From NCBI GenBank assembly GCA_951406725.2, contig OX597819.1, positions 39,432,001-39,496,000 of the forward strand: a DNA stretch of 64,000 nucleotides, read 5' to 3'. A program made the translations under genes and the position numbers. The notes under the pieces were generated by a model. The model was not told where the DNA came from and did not search any database. It worked only from the letters and a program-made list of their open reading frames with translations. Source of the stretch: Octopus vulgaris. Lineage: Eukaryota. This document shows, piece after piece, positions 57,186 through 64,000 of this stretch (positions are counted from its first letter, which is position 1; every line of letters begins with the position of its first letter).

Positions 57186-57245
57186 ATCTATCTATCTATC
57201 TATCTATCCATCCATCCATCTGTCCATCCGTCCATCCATCCAACC

Positions 57246-57299
<54 letters not shown>

Positions 57300-57717
57300 T
57301 CCTTCCATTGCTTCTCGCAAGCGTGACGTTCATAAACAATGTGTATGTGTGGCCAGGTTTTATGCCTTTTTAACCGAAACACAGAAATGAATACAGATAT
57401 GCACACATATTCACAGAAACATACACACGCACGCACGCACGCACACACACACACATGTATACGTATAGCCATATATGCTTCATGCTTAATACATACATAC
57501 TGTCAATAAGTCTTACAGCATTATTTGTCCTGGAACAAAATCTCTTACGGATTTGCTGATTTAAAGACACAGTAAATATACGTGAGGGAGAGAAAGGGGG
57601 AAGGAGAAAGAGAATGGGAGAGAGACGGATGAAAATTCGTCCGAAATAGGTCAGAGAAAATACCAAATGCATTTTGTCTTTTTTTTTTTGAACTGTTCCA
57701 ATGTCGTGTGCTCACAG

Positions 57718-57735
57718 CCAGTCACGTGCTCTGGG
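57718..57735 (+). other. Candidate 18-nt microexon
   Basis: Poly-T tract, then gtgTGCtcacag|CCAGTCACGTGCTCTGGG|gtgaat. Confidence 0.3.
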
Positions 57736-57809
57736 GTGAATTCGTCTCTGATGTAGGAGAAAGTAATTGAAATATATATATATAATTAAATATATAATTA
57801 ATATATAAA

Positions 57810-57992
<183 letters not shown>

Positions 57993-58010
57993 TAATACAT
58001 ATAAAATATG

Positions 58011-58058
<48 letters not shown>

Positions 58059-58065
58059 TAGATAG

Positions 58066-58118
<53 letters not shown>

Positions 58119-58119
58119 T

Positions 58120-58213
58120 TCCATACAATAACCATCAGAGCATCACAACAAATCACAGCACTACCAAGGCACACAGAGCTGCGCTCGGTAGTGAAGTGAT
58201 AATAATAAAACAA

Positions 58214-58218
<5 letters not shown>
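58120..58218 (+). mobile_element. Dong/R4-like 3' tail fragment in (AAT)n
   Basis: CACAGAGCTGCGCTC(A/G)GTAG shared with 16259-16278. Confidence 0.65.
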
Positions 58219-58287
<69 letters not shown>

Positions 58288-58290
58288 TAA

Positions 58291-58920
58291 CTACACTGGC
58301 TAATAAGTCGGCATTACAATATCAAAACTGCCGACAAGTGGTATAATCACCACCCTGAGGCTGTAACTGAAGGAGAAAATGTAACGATTCTGTGGGACTG
58401 TCCAGTACATACAGACCGAACCATCAAGGCCAATAAACCAGATATTGTTGTGAAAGACCAAAACAATAAAGTTTGCTTATTGATCGACATGAGCATCTCC
58501 TGTGATCATAATATCTCAGCGAAAGAGTTTGACAAGCTCAGAAAATATAAAGACCTACTCATTGAAATTGAGAAAATGTGGCATCTCAAGACGGTTACAA
58601 TACCAGTGATCGTAGGAGCACTAGGAATGATCAAAAAGGGAACCGAAAATTATATGAGAATGATCCCTGGCTTACCATCCCTGCAAGAAGTGCAAAAGAT
58701 TGTCTTAACTGGAACATCACACGTATTGAGAAGAGCATTGTCGATGTGAGAACTGTTGCTGCCTGCTCATGTATTTTAATTTAACTTAAAAAAATATATA
58801 TATATAAACGAACTATTGAGTTTGGTTTAATGGCCTACCAATGCATACTATGAGTTTCTTTGCCCTAGGAGTCGGGAAGACACTCGGCAAGAAATGGAAG
58901 CAAATTTGAAAGAAGAAAAA
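58291..58920 (+). mobile_element. 5'-truncated Dong/R4-like LINE with an open restriction-like endonuclease domain
   Basis: LHW...KWYNHHPEAV...ILWD...ANKPDIVV...LIDMSI...KEFDKLRKYKDL...IPVIVGALG...HVLRRAL (stop at 58749). Flanked by (AAT)n. Confidence 0.88.
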
Positions 58921-59015
58921 AAAATAATAATAATAATAAAATAATAATAATAATAATAATAATAAGAAGAAGAAGAAGAAGAAGAATATTAATAATAATA
59001 ATAATGATGATGATG

Positions 59016-59064
<49 letters not shown>

Positions 59065-59193
59065 TAATAATAATAATAATACCTGAGCGGGTCTCCCCAC
59101 TTAAAGGCAAATTCTACCCTCTCTTTTATTTCTCTTACTCCGAAAACAAATGCAAGTGGTACCACCAATAGCCGCCAGTCAAATTTCCCACAT

Positions 59194-59272
<79 letters not shown>

Positions 59273-60045
59273 AGGCTCGAAACGTCGAGGACTTTTCCAT
59301 TCTTCCCGAGCGTTAACCTAATACATTTGCTTTTTGTTCCTTCACCTGTCTTCGTCTTTTGTTTTCTGTAAATTTGAACTATATGTATAAGTGTAGGAAG
59401 TTTGTAAGCTTCAAGCAGTCAGTGACAAGTATAGTAAACACAATCCTGGACAGTGTACGATTAGGAACAATAGCAATAATCATTACATCAGATCAGGTAG
59501 CTAAGAAACGTGTACTCTGGATTTTACCCGTTCCACTCTCTCTATTTGTGTGTGCATATATATATATCCAAATTATGTGTGTGTGTGTGTGTGTGTTTGT
59601 GTTTGTATGCATGTATGCTGGAGTCCGGCGTCTGGTGTGCTGGGAAACCACTGGGAGTAAGTCAACCCTTAGCTTTGATATAAATATAACAAGGCACGCA
59701 GGGAATGGTATTCAACGTTTTAGGGGAGCAGTGGTTTGCACTTGAGAGTCATTCCTGAGCATGCGATCCATATATGCACTGGATATCTTGCTCCCGATTG
59801 TCTCTGGATCATGTCAGTAGGATGAAGGTCTTATTGGGCCTAAAATTTTAGATTGTACAATCACCGCAACGAGCTTCGAAACCACGAACACAAACCATGG
59901 CAAAGTTGACTGCTGGTGCAATAACCTCATATTCGAGTATGGCTGGAAATTTGCATGAGCTATAGTCAATGATGGTCTTCCTCGGTCACGAAGAGTGGAA
60001 GTCATCAAGGACAGGACATTAAAGCACTTAAAAAGAAGCTTAAAA

Positions 60046-60407
60046 ATAGGCGCAGGAGTGGCTGTGTGGTGAGTAGCTTGTTTACCCAACCACATGTGTC
60101 TTCTACTATAGCCTCGGGCCGACGAAAGCCTTGTGAGTGGATTTGGTAGACGGAAACTGAAAGAAGCCCGTCGTATATATGTATATATATGTATGCGTGT
60201 GTGTGTTTGTGCCTGTGTTTGTCCCCCTAGCATTGCTTGACAACCGATGCTGGTGTGTTTATGTCCCCGTTACTTAGCGGTTCGGCAAAAGAGACCGATA
60301 GAATAAGTACTGGGCTTACAAAAGAATAAGTCCCGGGGTCGAGTTGCTCGACTAAAGGCGGTGCTCCAGCATGGCCGCAGTCAAATGACTGAAACAAGTA
60401 AAAGAGT
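60046..60407 (+). mobile_element. SINE family 1 copy with a short deletion in the head
   Basis: Otherwise near-identical to 14165-14627. Confidence 0.85.
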
Positions 60408-61375
60408 ATGTATGGAAGGCAATTAAGGCACTAAATATAGGCATTTACGGCACTAAAATAGACATTTATACCAGTAACAAAACTGCTTAACAAGCAAGCG
60501 ATAAATCAAATAAGATCAGTTGACCAACACTTTTACACAATGTAGATAATGCAAATGGGCATGGATCTAGTATTTAAAGGCACCTGGTGGCAGCAATGGA
60601 CAAACTCCAGTATTAGTAAAAACTTCAACAACATATTATGCATTCGGTTGGCAAGACTGAGAGTAAACAATATACATAAATAGAAATGACTAACATCAAT
60701 ACGGACTAGAGGAAAAGTAAACCAAAGTAGCAGTCTGCATATTAAATACAATATATAGTAGGGTTCCCGTACGTAATATAGTGAGTGGGAAAACTTCGAT
60801 TAACTGTGGTTATCTAAAGAATTACTAGACAAAATCTCCCTCTAGGTATTTGATATCTTAAACCGACTGGTAAGGGAGATAACTGCAACTAACTCAGATG
60901 ATCAGAATTTTTAGACAATATAGACAATCCAGAGTGGAAGTGTCTTGTCTTTAAAGCCACTTGCTGAAAGCAATGTACATATACCATCCTTATTAATTCT
61001 CCTCAGCGAAGCATAGTCTATTCCAGCCAGTTAGTAAACTAAGAATGACCAATGCATACATATATGCATGCGTGCATACATAACTACATACATGCATTCA
61101 AACATACATACATACATACATACATACATACATACATACATACATACATACACACACATATATACATACATACGCACACACACACATACAAACATATATA
61201 TATAATTAAGGGTACTAGAGGTAGAATCGTCACGCTAAAAATAGCAGTCAGAAGACAACTACAAACACAAATTTTCACTGATATACATTAACTGAAGTCG
61301 TGGGGCGGTGAGCAAACAATCTAAGCCCCGTATCAATAACGAAAAGAATCGTAAATTGAAAAGCCATACATACCC

Positions 61376-61428
61376 GTATCGTCATGATTTCGAACTTTGT
61401 GGAGCTTCCATTTAGTTCTCATCAGCGA
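61376..61428 (-). ncRNA. Degenerate hammerhead motif
   Basis: TCG-CTGATGA-GAACT...AGTTC-GAAA-TCATGA-CGA. Core and stem II intact; no valid NUH triplet. Confidence 0.4.
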
Positions 61429-61624
61429 GTGTCACTAACCACAAGGGTCATAGAACTTGCCCTTATCAACAAATATGCGCGATGACAGTTTTCAATGACG
61501 CGGCAATTTTAAAAAGGGGATCGGAATGAATGATAAACTACAAAATATATATAAGGATATTGTTATCTATAATATCAAATGGCATAACATGCGTAAAAAA
61601 ATACCATGAGGTAAATAATTATTA

Positions 61625-62120
61625 ATTAATAATTAAGGGTTCTACAGGTAGCACTGACACGCTAAAAAGAACCCTGCGAAGAATTCTTGCAGTTCCAAGA
61701 AATGCTGATTTTTGTTGGTGTTCTACCTTCACACTTGCACCGATACTTTTTAGCCATGTTGGTAGCTGAGTGCTGATATTTCCAAATGCACCAATTACTA
61801 TTGGTATCACGTCTACTCTCCTCATTGACCAGAACCATCGTATTTTCCACATCAAATCGTCATAGTTGTTTATTTTTTCTTTCTTCTTTCACATTGATCA
61901 TGTTGTCACCGGGGCATGCTATGTCGATTATCGTACATGTTCTTTCTTTTTGTTTTCACCACAACAATGTCCGATTTCCGATGTCTGGTCAGGTGATCAC
62001 ACTGGATCATTGCATCCCACAGGATTTTGTAATTCTCATTCTCGGTGACTCCTTCTGGAGTTTGCTCATACCACGTCTTAGTTCTTTGTAGGCCGTGATT
62101 TTCACAGAACTCTCAATGGA
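61625..62120 (-). mobile_element. 5'-truncated Dong/R4-like LINE, second family, decayed
   Basis: IH*EFC...TWYEQTPEGVTENENYKILWD...RKSDIVVV...IIDIACPGD...IPIVIGAFG...LGTARILRRVL. Abuts (ATT)n. Confidence 0.85.
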
Positions 62121-62190
<70 letters not shown>

Positions 62191-62217
62191 GTTGTTGTTG
62201 TTGTTGTTGTTATTATA

Positions 62218-62628
62218 CAGGAGTGGGTGTGTGGTAAGAAGCTTGCTTACCAACCACATGGTTTCGAGTTCAGTCCCACTGCGTAGCACCTAAGGCAAGT
62301 GGTACCTTGGGCAAGTGGCACCTTGGGCAACAAAAGCGGATTTGGTGGACGGAAATGAAAGAAGCCCGTCGTATATATGTATATATATACATGTGTATAT
62401 ATATGTGTGTGTGAGTCTGTGTCTATGTTTGTCCCCCCCACTATCGCTCCACAACCGATGTTGGTGTGTTTACGTCCTCGTAGTCTAGTGGTTCAGCAAA
62501 AGAGACCGATAGAATAAGTATCAGGCTTAAATGAATAAGTCTAGGGGTTGATTTCTTCGACTAAAAGGCAGTGCTCCAGCAAGGCTCCAGTCAAATGACT
62601 GAAACAAGCAAAAGAATAAAAGAATAAA
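62218..62628 (+). mobile_element. SINE family 1 copy
   Basis: Head and tail present; the CC(TT)GGGCAAGTGG-like unit is triplicated. Confidence 0.8.
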
Positions 62629-62649
62629 ACGATATATACATATATATAT

Positions 62650-62684
<35 letters not shown>

Positions 62685-62686
62685 AA

Positions 62687-63545
<859 letters not shown>

Positions 63546-64000
63546 AAATATAAAACAAACGAACAATTGTATTATATATATAAATAAAACAAGTCTTTAA
63601 CGTATATTGTATGTGTTTGCGTGCCTTACTTATTAGCGACAGAAGCAGTATCTCTTATTATAATTAATACTAAAATATAATATCTATATCCAATTTAACA
63701 TGAACGTCTTGTTAGAGTACTGAATGCTGCGTTATTTATCTCGAGAGAACCGTCCATTTAGGCACTTAGTGCATAAAAGCAACTGTACGCATCCAGCGCC
63801 TATATGACAGGATCTCTCAAGGCTAATAGCGTAGCTTTCAGTGTTCTAGCAAGGCATCCATGTTTAGTTGGATATAACGATGACTTTTTGATAATATATG
63901 GTTGAAATTTAAAGAAAAACAAATGACGAAGACAGGTGTATGAACAAAAAGCAGGTGTCTTAGTTTGACGCTCGGGAAAGTGAAAAAGTTTTTTACGTTT

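Noticed and set aside
57712-57721. TCACAGCCAG match to the miR-2 family
   Set aside because: The rest of the mature sequence and a precursor hairpin are absent.

Overview
AT-rich, microsatellite-saturated metazoan DNA. The repeat repertoire points to an octopus/coleoid cephalopod genome (inference, not a database result). No intact host gene is recognisable, and most ORFs in the supplied track are translations of simple repeats. Contents: dozens of tRNA-derived SINE copies from several families; decayed Tc1/mariner transposons, including a triple nest at 53.2-56.5 kb and an inverted pair at 30.3-31.7 kb; two inverted MITEs with 8-bp TSDs and TTAGGG cores; two Helitron-type elements; and 3' fragments of RLE-type (Dong/R4-like, Hero-like) and Tx1/L1-like LINEs lying in specific microsatellites. 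The most striking signal is about nine minimal type I hammerhead ribozyme motifs from at least five different short non-coding elements. Two have all three helices, some have non-canonical cores, and two loci form long fold-back palindromes. This is consistent with a Penelope-like/retrozyme system. A few repeat-free islands carry candidate microexons and transcription-factor motif clusters, all low confidence.
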